DNA of 64,000 nucleotides from contig JAAXXG010000002.1 in assembly GCA_013334575.1 (NCBI GenBank), positions 69,377 through 133,376 of the forward strand. The letters are read 5' to 3'. The notes under the pieces are model-generated. The model was not told the DNA's origin. It saw only the letters and a program-made list of their open reading frames with translations, and searched no databases. Positions 39,764-48,556 of this stretch are shown here, one piece after another. The position numbers were made by a program, and so were the translations under genes. Within the stretch, counting starts at the first letter, position 1. Every line of letters begins with the position of its first letter. The stretch is from Candidatus Moraniibacteriota bacterium (lineage in GTDB: Bacteria; Patescibacteriota; Minisyncoccia; Moranbacterales; UBA1568).

Positions 39764-40464
39764 AAGAGTCCTTCCACGACTTCGTATACCTTCTCGGCGA
39801 TGTCCTCGCGCGCGAGGAGTTCCCCCTTCCGGACACATTCGACCTGGTGCCAGTCGTTCCGCCTCCGAACGAGCCGAAGCGCGCTCTCGCGGCTTTTCGC
39901 GAGATACCGCTCGTCCGTCTCCAGGGTATCCTTCCGGCTTCCGCCCCGAAGATACGGTTTTTTTGATACTGCCTCCTTCCCGGCCAGGAGGCGTCGCGAT
40001 ACCTCGGTCGGAACATGCAGATGGATGATCGCATCCGGACGCGGCAATCCGAATACGCCGAATTCCATCCGGTCGAGCCATTCGAGAAATTCGCGCCGTT
40101 TCCGCGGCTCGGATATCTTTCCTCCCTGATGGATCTGATTCGAACTCACGTACCGGTCAAGAATGACGACGCATCCGTCTCGGAGCCATCGTTCGATCGT
40201 CGCCTTGGATTCGAACCGGTCGGCCGCATAAAGGACGGAGGTGATCTTCGGGTCAAGACCCGCGAAATCCCCATGTTCACCGGCGAGGCATTCGCCGATC
40301 AATGCTCCGAACAGGTTCGATTCGTATCGCGGAAAATCGAGCATCCGCACGCGATACCCGTCCTTCCGCAGACGGGACAACAGAAGCGCCGCCTGTGTCG
40401 CCTTTCCGGATCCATCGGAGCCGTCGATCACGATGAGTCGCCCCTTGCCGTGCCGCTTCGCCAT
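39760..40464 (-). CDS. tmk: Thymidylate kinase
   Basis: IVIDGSDGSGKATQ, FPRY, YAADR, LDRYVSSN. Confidence 0.92.
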   Translation of the reverse strand: MAKRHGKGRLIVIDGSDGSGKATQAALLLSRLRKDGYRVRMLDFPRYESNLFGALIGECLAGEHGDFAGLDPKITSVLYAADRFESKATIERWLRDGCVVILDRYVSSNQIHQGGKISEPRKRREFLEWLDRMEFGVFGLPRPDAIIHLHVPTEVSRRLLAGKEAVSKKPYLRGGSRKDTLETDERYLAKSRESALRLVRRRNDWHQVECVRKGELLAREDIAEKVYEVVEGLL

Positions 40465-40478
40465 ATATCCGTTTTCAG

Positions 40479-41078
40479 TTATTCGCCCGACTCCGCATCG
40501 CGAAGCCGTTTCCGATCGGAAGCCTCCTTCCGCATCTCTGCGATCGCGGTATCGACCGCCGCATAGAGCTCCTCGAGCGACCCCTCGTTGCCAATCACGT
40601 ACCGGGCCTGTCCCTTGAGCGCGGGAATACCGACTTCGGTCTCGAGCGAATGGTCACGTTTGAAATCCTCGAAAGTCTTGGTATCGTCGTCGGCGTTCTG
40701 TCGGCGTTTCACGATACGCCCGTACCGCGTCTCCATCGATGCCTCGACATAGATGAGCGAGAACTCGGGAAATCCTTTCACGGCCTCGATGTCGGACTGT
40801 CGACGCACACCGTCGATGACCACGAGCGGATTCGGATCCCGCACCGCGTCCTCGGCGATGGCGTGTGAGAGCAGGTTCTCGCCGAAGGCGCTACGGAGCG
40901 CTCCCGAGACCTTCGTCAGGTTCTCCCGGGTCTGCGCGACATGGATCCGGTTCAGGACATCCCGCAGCGGATCGGAAAACATGAACGTCCTCGCGCCGTA
41001 CTGGTTGGCCAGATAGCGTGCGACCGTATCCTTCCCCGAGGCGATCTCGCCCGCGATCCCGACGATGATCTTTCCCAT
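40479..41078 (-). CDS. P-loop nucleotide kinase (dNMP/dephospho-CoA-kinase-like)
   Basis: GIAGEIASGKDT, FSDPLR, IDGVRR, IGNEGS. Confidence 0.8.
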   Translation of the reverse strand: MGKIIVGIAGEIASGKDTVARYLANQYGARTFMFSDPLRDVLNRIHVAQTRENLTKVSGALRSAFGENLLSHAIAEDAVRDPNPLVVIDGVRRQSDIEAVKGFPEFSLIYVEASMETRYGRIVKRRQNADDDTKTFEDFKRDHSLETEVGIPALKGQARYVIGNEGSLEELYAAVDTAIAEMRKEASDRKRLRDAESGE

Positions 41079-41099
41079 ATGCGTGATTATTAGCCCTTA

Positions 41100-42404
41100 T
41101 TATTCGTCCGTCGGCTTCTCCGTGATATCCTGTCCGCCACGACGCACGTCCCAATCGTCCCGGTCCCGGTCGATATGGAGCGCGACATCCGGAAACCGCT
41201 CCGAGATCTCGTCCGCCATCCGCCATGCTACGGGCCGAATGGTCGGATGCACCGTCTTGCCGCTGCGCAGTTCGACGAAGTAGACGAGGGCCGGCAGGTC
41301 GAAGGTGAAGCGGCACGGCACGCGATAGCCCATGGCGACGAGATACTGCCGCTCCTCCGGGTGCGCTCCGATCGCCGCGATGGCCGCCGTCTGCCCGGCG
41401 ATAAGTTCCTCGGCCTCCTTCCGCACCGCCTCCGGCAGCTGATCCAGGTACCACGGATGGAACCCGTGTCGCGTCGAAAGGAGCGGCATGTGATGGATAC
41501 CGGCGCGATGCCGCTGTATGTCACGGTACGAACCGTAGTCGAGCAGGAAGTCGAACGTGAAGGTGCCCGCGTCGCGTACGTACTGCGGCAGGTTCGTCTT
41601 TTGCGGACGCTTCGCGAGGATATCGCGATACGACGCGAGCGCCCCGGCCGAAACCGTCGTCGTAGCACGGAAGTCCGGCGGGAAATCCGCCGGGTCGAAA
41701 TAGGTTTCCGGCGCGAGAACGTCCTCCCGATACGCGTCCTGTTCCGGATAGCGCTTGTGCGAGAAGCTGTTCGGATAGCGCTCCGAAAGTCTCGAAAGGA
41801 CCGTCTCGGCCATCTCGCGGACCTCGGAAAGCGGATGATGCCGCAGAAGCGAGAGTTTGTCCCATGCCTGCCGCAGGTTCGTATGCCACGAAAGCTGCGT
41901 CGTGATACCGGCCGGGAGGAAACCGCGGAGGATATCGAACGTGCGCGCCTTGATCGCCTTGTCGTAGAGCTTCTCGTCCTCGTCCGCGCGACGCGGATAC
42001 TTCACCCGCAGGTGATCCTCGACCGCGGGGCCCGATGCGACATAGAACGAAAGCCACCGTTCCTGTATCGCCCGCGAAGCGTCGTTCCCGACCGGATCGA
42101 TCATCGGCTGACGGCTCATGTCGATATAGCGGGTACTCGTCTCCTGGCCGGAGTACAGCGGCCAGTCCTGGATCGCCTTGTCGCAGAGGATGCTCACTCC
42201 CTCGATGAAGATTGTCGTACTCCCGCAGTCCGCGATCGAATGGTGCCCGTAGCCCACGTAGAACCGCTCCATGAACTTCCCCGATCCGGTCTCCGCGACC
42301 TTCGCGGCGTGGATCTCGACACTCTCGGCGCTCCGGGAATAGAGCGCCTGCATCATTGCGGTATCCTCGGGTCCGTACTCGTCATAGAGGAAGATCTTGG
42401 GCAT
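41100..42404 (-). CDS. thyX: FAD-dependent thymidylate synthase, long duplicated-domain form
   Basis: ALYSRS, GYGHHSIAD, ETSTRY, RDIQRHR, ELRS..TVHP; operon with tmk and dut. Confidence 0.8.
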   Translation of the reverse strand: MPKIFLYDEYGPEDTAMMQALYSRSAESVEIHAAKVAETGSGKFMERFYVGYGHHSIADCGSTTIFIEGVSILCDKAIQDWPLYSGQETSTRYIDMSRQPMIDPVGNDASRAIQERWLSFYVASGPAVEDHLRVKYPRRADEDEKLYDKAIKARTFDILRGFLPAGITTQLSWHTNLRQAWDKLSLLRHHPLSEVREMAETVLSRLSERYPNSFSHKRYPEQDAYREDVLAPETYFDPADFPPDFRATTTVSAGALASYRDILAKRPQKTNLPQYVRDAGTFTFDFLLDYGSYRDIQRHRAGIHHMPLLSTRHGFHPWYLDQLPEAVRKEAEELIAGQTAAIAAIGAHPEERQYLVAMGYRVPCRFTFDLPALVYFVELRSGKTVHPTIRPVAWRMADEISERFPDVALHIDRDRDDWDVRRGGQDITEKPTDE

Positions 42405-42557
42405 AGAGGTTCCCGTTAAGATGACGACCCTAGCACCCTATTTTCGCACGAATCACGACGGGTCGCAAACGTCGCCGCGCAACCGAAAAACGGACGAAAG
42501 TCCGAGAAAAGGAAAAAGCGCCCGCGGTTTCGCGAACGCCCCCTTCCGTTTCCGGGC

Positions 42558-42800
42558 TCAGGCCGTATACGGCGTGATTGCAAGGAATGAGAACTGACCG
42601 ATATTCACGCCTGCCTCAGTATTGAGGTGCGCGACTCGATCTCCTCTTTTTCCGGCGGAACTGATATAGGAAACCACAAAAGGACCTTCCGAATGAGCAT
42701 CCTTTTTATGCCCGTAATCAGGATGGTCGGGATTCCACGTCACCAGATCGCCGACTTCGAACATGACCTTCCTCTCACTCAATTTCTCCGTTTGAGACAT
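42558..42800 (-). CDS. Small hypothetical protein (SH3/KOW-like start FEVGDLV)
   Basis: GGAGG SD; promoter TTGACA-17-GATAAT at 42851-42879. Confidence 0.6.
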   Translation of the reverse strand: MSQTEKLSERKVMFEVGDLVTWNPDHPDYGHKKDAHSEGPFVVSYISSAGKRGDRVAHLNTEAGVNIGQFSFLAITPYTA

Positions 42801-43185
42801 AATCCCTCCGCTTTTTTAACTTGCCGATATTCCGTTTTCCGATGCGGGAAATTATCGCACGGACATCGGAACCTGTCAATCGCGATCCCTTCCCGTCGTC
42901 CGTCATCCCTTTGTGTATGAGTGCACGTTCCGTCATTGGAGGAGGACCTGATCTGCATTCACGGATTGACTCGGAATGTGTTCCGTGCTATCGTACCGCT
43001 TTGTGGTCTTCTTTCACAATCGCACGGTGTCCGGCCTTCCTCCCGCCGATATGGTGGGCGGGCGGCCGGACATCGTACCGGCATGCGCTTCGGGCTTCCC
43101 GTCGGAAGGGTCGGCATCATAGTGATGCCTGTATCCTGCCGATTTCCGGCATACCGATGGAACGACCGAATAAACAAATGACGTC

Positions 43186-43767
43186 ATGAGAGCCGTAACT
43201 GTAACAAACGAGCGACAGGAACCGAAAATCACGGTCGAGAAAAAGTTCATCATCAAAGAGGTTGACCGCTGTGGAATCCGGTTGTCGCGAGGTAAAAAAG
43301 AGCCCGTTTTCGTCCTGGTCGGAGAGCGTGATGCTTCCATCGTGAGACGGTCGACCGACTCGAAAACATCCTTCTTCGTCGACCGCATCGGACTCTCCCG
43401 CCGAATGACAGATTTCGGAGACTGGCGATACCGGCTTGTCGATGAACGATTCGGCCAGCGATATCCGAACGACTCCGTCCTGATCCGACTTATCATCGAT
43501 TCAGGAACCGATGATAGCTGCAAGATCCATTACGATCCCGCGGTGGAGATGATCAGCGTGCAGACCTACGCCAAAAAGGAATCTGAGCAAATCTTCACCC
43601 GCTCGGAGGCGCTCGCCATTCTCAAACCGGGACAGTCCCTCTTCGCCGAACGGCATGGGAGCGGCATCGACAAACCGTACGGGTGCATCAGAAACCATAA
43701 CGGACGGATCGAGGTCACCTGGAGCGAATCCAAGGACGATCTGCCTGCCCTCTTCTGCACCTACTGA
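43186..43767 (+). CDS. Hypothetical protein (accessory)
   Basis: 193-aa ORF; promoter TTGACT-17-TATCGT near 42966; start uncertain. Confidence 0.55.
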   Translation: MRAVTVTNERQEPKITVEKKFIIKEVDRCGIRLSRGKKEPVFVLVGERDASIVRRSTDSKTSFFVDRIGLSRRMTDFGDWRYRLVDERFGQRYPNDSVLIRLIIDSGTDDSCKIHYDPAVEMISVQTYAKKESEQIFTRSEALAILKPGQSLFAERHGSGIDKPYGCIRNHNGRIEVTWSESKDDLPALFCTY

Positions 43768-43896
43768 TCCGGCAACCGATTATCCGAAACCCTTCGTCAG
43801 CGCACGGAGGGTTTCAATTTTCAATACCTTCCAACCCGTTACGAACCAGAGCGTCTTTTTTTTCCGCTTTGACGTCTCGGGATAAAACCTGCAACA

Positions 43897-44015
43897 CCGC
43901 CCGAATCGTCACGAGACGACAGCGGGAAGGTTTTTTCGTTTCAAGCCCCTCCTTTCCGATTTCATCAAAAAAATGAGGCTCATATAAGCCTCATTATTTG
44001 ATCGTTTCGGATTTC
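43897..44015. repeat. ~120-bp direct repeat (hairpin + junction element copy 4 at 43958-44015)
   Basis: Matches 44655-44773; the 58-bp part is identical. Confidence 0.9.
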
Positions 44016-44132
44016 TGACAAAATGAAAGCGTTTGCCTCAGGCAACACCCGGAATTTTGACAGCACCGAAAGAACCCTATAACATGCCAAAAAAAGCCCT
44101 TTCCCATCAACCGAACGATTCCCGGAGGCAAC

Positions 44133-44624
44133 ATGCGAACGCAACGAAGCTATTATCTCGCCGCATTTCTTGGCGCGCTATATGCGCCGATTCTCGGGAC
44201 GGTCTACCCGGACGCCTTGTCGATCGAAGTACCGCTTAGTGTATCCGTAACAGTTGCGGCCGTCTTTATACTGGTCTTCTCCACGCTCCTTCGAAGAAAC
44301 GGTTTCCGCTCCGCGCTTGGGGTAGCGGGTTACCAACTGGCATACCTGACAACTCTACTGTCGCTCGCGGTACAATATCTTAAACATGGAACCGGAGCAG
44401 TCGCTCCCGCCTTCTTCGGAACATTCGCCCATTCTTCCGTTACTGTTCTTTCCTCGATTCAAGACGAGAAATTCCTACTGGTATTTATCTGGACGGCTGT
44501 CGCCATGAACAATGCCATGGTGTACCTTCATCCGCCAATCCACGTATTGTGGACCGTCGCCCTCATGTTCTACGTCCTCTACGGACTGTCCGAGGAGCCC
44601 GAGACGATCGCTCCGGAATCGTAG
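44133..44624 (+). CDS. Hypothetical membrane protein flanked by direct repeats
   Basis: GGAGG SD; promoter TTGACA-17-TAACAT at 44057-44085; about 5 TM. Confidence 0.7.
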   Translation: MRTQRSYYLAAFLGALYAPILGTVYPDALSIEVPLSVSVTVAAVFILVFSTLLRRNGFRSALGVAGYQLAYLTTLLSLAVQYLKHGTGAVAPAFFGTFAHSSVTVLSSIQDEKFLLVFIWTAVAMNNAMVYLHPPIHVLWTVALMFYVLYGLSEEPETIAPES

Positions 44625-44654
44625 GGCCTGTGCCGAATCAAGAATGAAGCCTCC

Positions 44655-44773
44655 CCGCTCGAATCATCGCAAGATGACGACGGGGAGGTTTTTTCGTTTC
44701 AAACCCCTCCTTTCCGATTTCATCAAAAAAATGAGGCTCATATAAGCCTCATTATTTGATCGTTTCGGATTTC
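44655..44773. repeat. ~120-bp direct repeat (terminator hairpin + junction element copy 5 at 44716-44773)
   Basis: Matches 43897-44015. Confidence 0.9.
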
Positions 44774-44864
44774 GGGCAAAATCTGAACCTATGAACGTCC
44801 CTCGTGATCCGGTAAGAAAGAAGCCCGTGTTCTTGGAACACGGGCCTCGAAAAGAACATACCTG

Positions 44865-46031
44865 TCAGAGGTTCGTCATGATGGCCTCCCCCATCGCCTC
44901 GGTACCGAGAATCATATCGCGGTTATCAACCAGCCTCGCCAAATCCGCGGTACGATATCCCGCCAAAAGCGTCTTCTCCACCGCCTTCTCGATAGCCCCC
45001 GCACCAACCTTCGCTCCGATATGACGAAGCATCATCGCAGCCGTCAGGATCCGACCGATAGGATTCACCTTATCCTTCCCCTTAAGGTCGCAGGCCGTTC
45101 CCGCTCCGCTCTCGAACATTGCGGAACCGGTTTCCGGATTCACGGCGGAACTGCACATCATACCAAGACTTCCCAGCATGCCAGCAGCGCCGTCGGAGAG
45201 AATGTCGCCGTGTTCGTTTCCGCACATGATGACTCCCGCAAGCTTCATCGGCATGCCGAGCAGTGCGTTCGCCGCATCGACATACAGATGGGAAAGCGGG
45301 ACATCGGGGAATTCTGCCTTTCCGATCTCGGTCGCCATTTTCCGCCACAGTACGTAGCGAGCCATCACGTTCGTCTTATCGATCGAGATGACCGGAAGAC
45401 CGCGCTCCCGGGCATACCAAAACACGGCACGCATGTACTTCAGGAGCGTCTCGCGACGATAATAGGCAAGTTCAACGACCGCCTCCTCATCCCCGACGAC
45501 TTCCTTCTTCAACTTGATCATCAACTGGTCCCGCACTCCGCAACCGATATGATCATACAGATCCGAAGTGCCAAAGTAACTGTCCTCGAGCAGCATCCGG
45601 ACGAAAACCTGTACTATACCATCCGATGGGATATTTTCCGGCCGCACGAGACACAGATGATCCAGCGACTTGTGATAGACGACCGGCCGGAAGTTGAGCA
45701 ACAAGCCCATTTCCTTGCGCAGGGCAAGTAATGCCCGTGCTTCCGGCATCATCTCCGGATGTTTCACGCCGAGCGTCTTATCAATCTCAGTATCCCCCAC
45801 TCCTCCGAAGAAGAGTGTCCCGATCTCCACTGCTCGTTTCAACGACTCGGCAGGAAGCGTATCGCCGAATTCCCTGAAGGCGTTCCACCCCATCGGCGTT
45901 TTTTCGAAGACGATCTCGATACCGTCCTTTTTCGCGGCTTCGATGGCGACCGCACATGCGGCCGCCATCATTTCCGGAGCCGCCCCGTCGCCCGTCACGA
46001 GCGCGATTCGAACTTCCCTTCCTTCTTTCAA
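44865..46031 (-). CDS. leuB: 3-isopropylmalate dehydrogenase family enzyme
   Basis: GDGAAPE, PEARALLALRK, NFRP, DKTNV, YVDA, NEHGDILSD; TTG start after AAGGAGG. Confidence 0.8.
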   Translation of the reverse strand: MKEGREVRIALVTGDGAAPEMMAAACAVAIEAAKKDGIEIVFEKTPMGWNAFREFGDTLPAESLKRAVEIGTLFFGGVGDTEIDKTLGVKHPEMMPEARALLALRKEMGLLLNFRPVVYHKSLDHLCLVRPENIPSDGIVQVFVRMLLEDSYFGTSDLYDHIGCGVRDQLMIKLKKEVVGDEEAVVELAYYRRETLLKYMRAVFWYARERGLPVISIDKTNVMARYVLWRKMATEIGKAEFPDVPLSHLYVDAANALLGMPMKLAGVIMCGNEHGDILSDGAAGMLGSLGMMCSSAVNPETGSAMFESGAGTACDLKGKDKVNPIGRILTAAMMLRHIGAKVGAGAIEKAVEKTLLAGYRTADLARLVDNRDMILGTEAMGEAIMTNL

Positions 46032-46051
46032 GAGTCCCTCCTTTTGTTGAT

Positions 46052-48019
46052 TTACAGCTTTCCTTCCGCCTGCAATCCGGCGGCTGTCTCGAACATGAAC
46101 GGGATGACTCCGCCTTTCCTGAGCAGCTCCTTCTGCAGCCAGGTAAGCTTGAACGGAATCTCCCACATGTCCTCACCCGCCGTACCGACGCGGACCACAC
46201 CCTCGTCCGGAAGCACTTCGACCGTGTCCGGTCGCCTCTCACGCAGGTCATTCATGACCTCGTCCGGGAGTTCGACACACAGCAGGCCGTTCGCAAACAT
46301 GCTGGCACTGAAAATACGTGCGAAGCTCGACGCGATAACGCATGTGATTCCAGCCTCGAAAAGGGACCAAGGAGCATGTTCACGCGACGAACCGCAACCG
46401 AAGTTCTTACCAGCGACCAGTACGCTCGACCGGAACAGCCGTTCCTGTTCCTCCCCGGTCAGGTCGACCCCTTCAAGACAGTGCTGTCCAAGCCCGGTTT
46501 TCACGGACGTCGTCAGGTACTTCGCCGGGATGATGACATCCGTATCGACATTGTCCCCTCTCTTCCCCTGGAGATACAAGACTTTCCCCGAGAACTCCGG
46601 CTTGACCGTGATGCGCGTGGCCCGATGCAGTACGCCGTAGTCCGGCCGACTCAACTCGGTCACCCCATCCCAGTCTGTGAGATTGAGCGGATGACCTTCT
46701 TCGGACATGCTCGCGATATCGTCGAGCACACGTCCACACAGCTCCGGACTCGGCACCGCGACGCTTCCCGTCATGGCCGACAACGCCGCCACCGCCGGAG
46801 AACAGAGATGCACCATACCGCCCTTACCCATCCTTCCCTTGAAGTTCCGGTTACTGGTCGAAATGCACACCTCTCCGGGAGCGAGGACGCCTCCGCTCAT
46901 ACCCAGGCACGGTCCGCACGTCGCTGACATGACGACGCATCCCGCGGCCATGAATACATCGATGAGACCCTCATACAAAGCTCGCCGATAGATATGCTGC
47001 GTCGCCGGAATAACGATACACCGCGTACCGTCAGCGATCCTGCCGCCGAAATCACGCATGATGCCGGCCGCGATGCGCAGGTCTTCCAGGCGTCCGTTCG
47101 TGCAGGATCCGATGAACACCTGCTGAAACGGCATACCCTCCAGATCGGACGCTGGCACGACATCGGCCGGGGTATACTCCACCGTGATGAGCGGCTGCCT
47201 GTCAGTCACGTCGATCGTGATGACCTGATTATACTCGGCATTCGGGTCGCTGTTCCACGCCAGCAATTCCTCTTCCTCATATCCCGCCGACTCGATGAGC
47301 GGCCGCAGATATTCGATGGTCTTGTCGTCCACCGCCACCATACCGGATGTCGCCCCGGCCTCGACCACCATGTTCGTCATGGTCATCCTCGCCTCCATGC
47401 TGAGCGCCTCCACGACCGGCCCGCCGAATTCGATGACCGCATTCGTCGCGCCGGCAACTCCCATCACCTCGATCAGCATCAGGATGAGGTCCTTGGCGAA
47501 CACGTTCGCCGGGAGTGTCCCGACATACTCGACGCGGATCACCCGCTGAGGCTGACAGAACCAGAGCTCGGTCGAAACGGCCGCCATCATCTCCGAAGTC
47601 CCGACTCCCGCGGTAAGCGCACCGAACGCGCCACCGGTACAGGTATGACTGTCACCCATGACGGCAATCTGCCCCGGGAACAGCCACCCGCTCTCGGGAA
47701 AAAGCGCGTGACAAACGCCCCCCTGCCCCGCATCGCGGAATTCGATGCCGTGTTCCTTACACCATTTTCGCAGCGTATCGGCCTGAAACGCCGTCGCCTC
47801 GTCGTTGGACGGGCAGACGTGGTCGATCGTCGCTTTTATCCTGTTCGGATCGAATACCACGTCACAGCCGCGGGCCTTCATGTCCACGATACCAGGAGGC
47901 GTCGTGATTTCATGACAGAAGACCTGATCCACTTTCAGCACCATGGTCCCGTCCGGAAGCGTTTTCAGCAAATGCGCATCGACGATTTTCTGATACGCCG
48001 TTTTTCCTCGTTTCTGCAT
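46052..48019 (-). CDS. leuC: Isopropylmalate isomerase/homoaconitase-family hydro-lyase, large+small subunit fusion (LeuC-LeuD)
   Basis: DH, DSHTCT.GAFG, IGSCTNGR, CGPCLG, STSNRNF; C-terminal NVDTDVIIPAKYL and NFGCGSSREHA. Confidence 0.88.
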   Translation of the reverse strand: MQKRGKTAYQKIVDAHLLKTLPDGTMVLKVDQVFCHEITTPPGIVDMKARGCDVVFDPNRIKATIDHVCPSNDEATAFQADTLRKWCKEHGIEFRDAGQGGVCHALFPESGWLFPGQIAVMGDSHTCTGGAFGALTAGVGTSEMMAAVSTELWFCQPQRVIRVEYVGTLPANVFAKDLILMLIEVMGVAGATNAVIEFGGPVVEALSMEARMTMTNMVVEAGATSGMVAVDDKTIEYLRPLIESAGYEEEELLAWNSDPNAEYNQVITIDVTDRQPLITVEYTPADVVPASDLEGMPFQQVFIGSCTNGRLEDLRIAAGIMRDFGGRIADGTRCIVIPATQHIYRRALYEGLIDVFMAAGCVVMSATCGPCLGMSGGVLAPGEVCISTSNRNFKGRMGKGGMVHLCSPAVAALSAMTGSVAVPSPELCGRVLDDIASMSEEGHPLNLTDWDGVTELSRPDYGVLHRATRITVKPEFSGKVLYLQGKRGDNVDTDVIIPAKYLTTSVKTGLGQHCLEGVDLTGEEQERLFRSSVLVAGKNFGCGSSREHAPWSLFEAGITCVIASSFARIFSASMFANGLLCVELPDEVMNDLRERRPDTVEVLPDEGVVRVGTAGEDMWEIPFKLTWLQKELLRKGGVIPFMFETAAGLQAEGKL

Positions 48020-48180
48020 GTTCGTCCCCTGTTTTCGTTGAGTGAATATACTATTTGTTAAACAAAACGGATCCTACAGTGCAGGATCTCGTGCCATTCC
48101 GATATACCAGGAAACGACTCGTATAGCAAGCGGATAATGACATTTACGACTTCAAACCGTCTTTTGGCCACAATCTTCCC

Positions 48181-48238
48181 AGTTTCACCAAAAAAATGAG
48201 GCTCATATAAGCCTCGTTATTTGATCGTTTCCGATTTC
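48181..48238. repeat. 58-bp junction element, copy 6
   Basis: TTTCACCAAAAAAATGAGGCTCATATAAGCCTCGTTATTTGATCGTTTCCGATTTC. Confidence 0.9.
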
Positions 48239-48287
48239 GGGCAGAACCGGGCAGATTCTGGAAACGTTACATAATCTGACGACCGCA

Positions 48288-48401
48288 TTATTTTGTAACG
48301 TTTTCTGAGCGATGGATGGAAACGACTTGGTAGATGATTGTGTCGATCGCGGTCACGGTCAGCACCGGCATATCGTCTTCCGTCGCACGGATGAGGTTCA
48401 T
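48288..48401 (-). pseudogene. Truncated copy of GNAT 5' end
   Basis: MNLIRATEDDMPVLTVTAID then unrelated sequence. Confidence 0.85.
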
Positions 48402-48556
48402 AGCGACCCAGCTCTTCAGGATCGTATCAGGCCCCTTTTCCGATTCCAGATAGCGTTTCGTTCCGTCAATTATTTTTTTCCACGCGAGCGGAATGTTTTT
48501 TTATCTAAAAAAAGCAGGTCCCACATTCGTGAGACCTGCTAAATACTCTCCTTTCA

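Noticed and set aside
43970-43997. Chromosomal dif site
   Set aside because: 11-6-11 geometry only; no XerD-type TTATGTTAAAT arm, and multiple copies exist
43958-48238. 58-bp repeats as a CRISPR array or integron attC sites
   Set aside because: Spacing is kilobases and irregular; no cas or intI gene; no RYYYAAC/GTTRRRY ends
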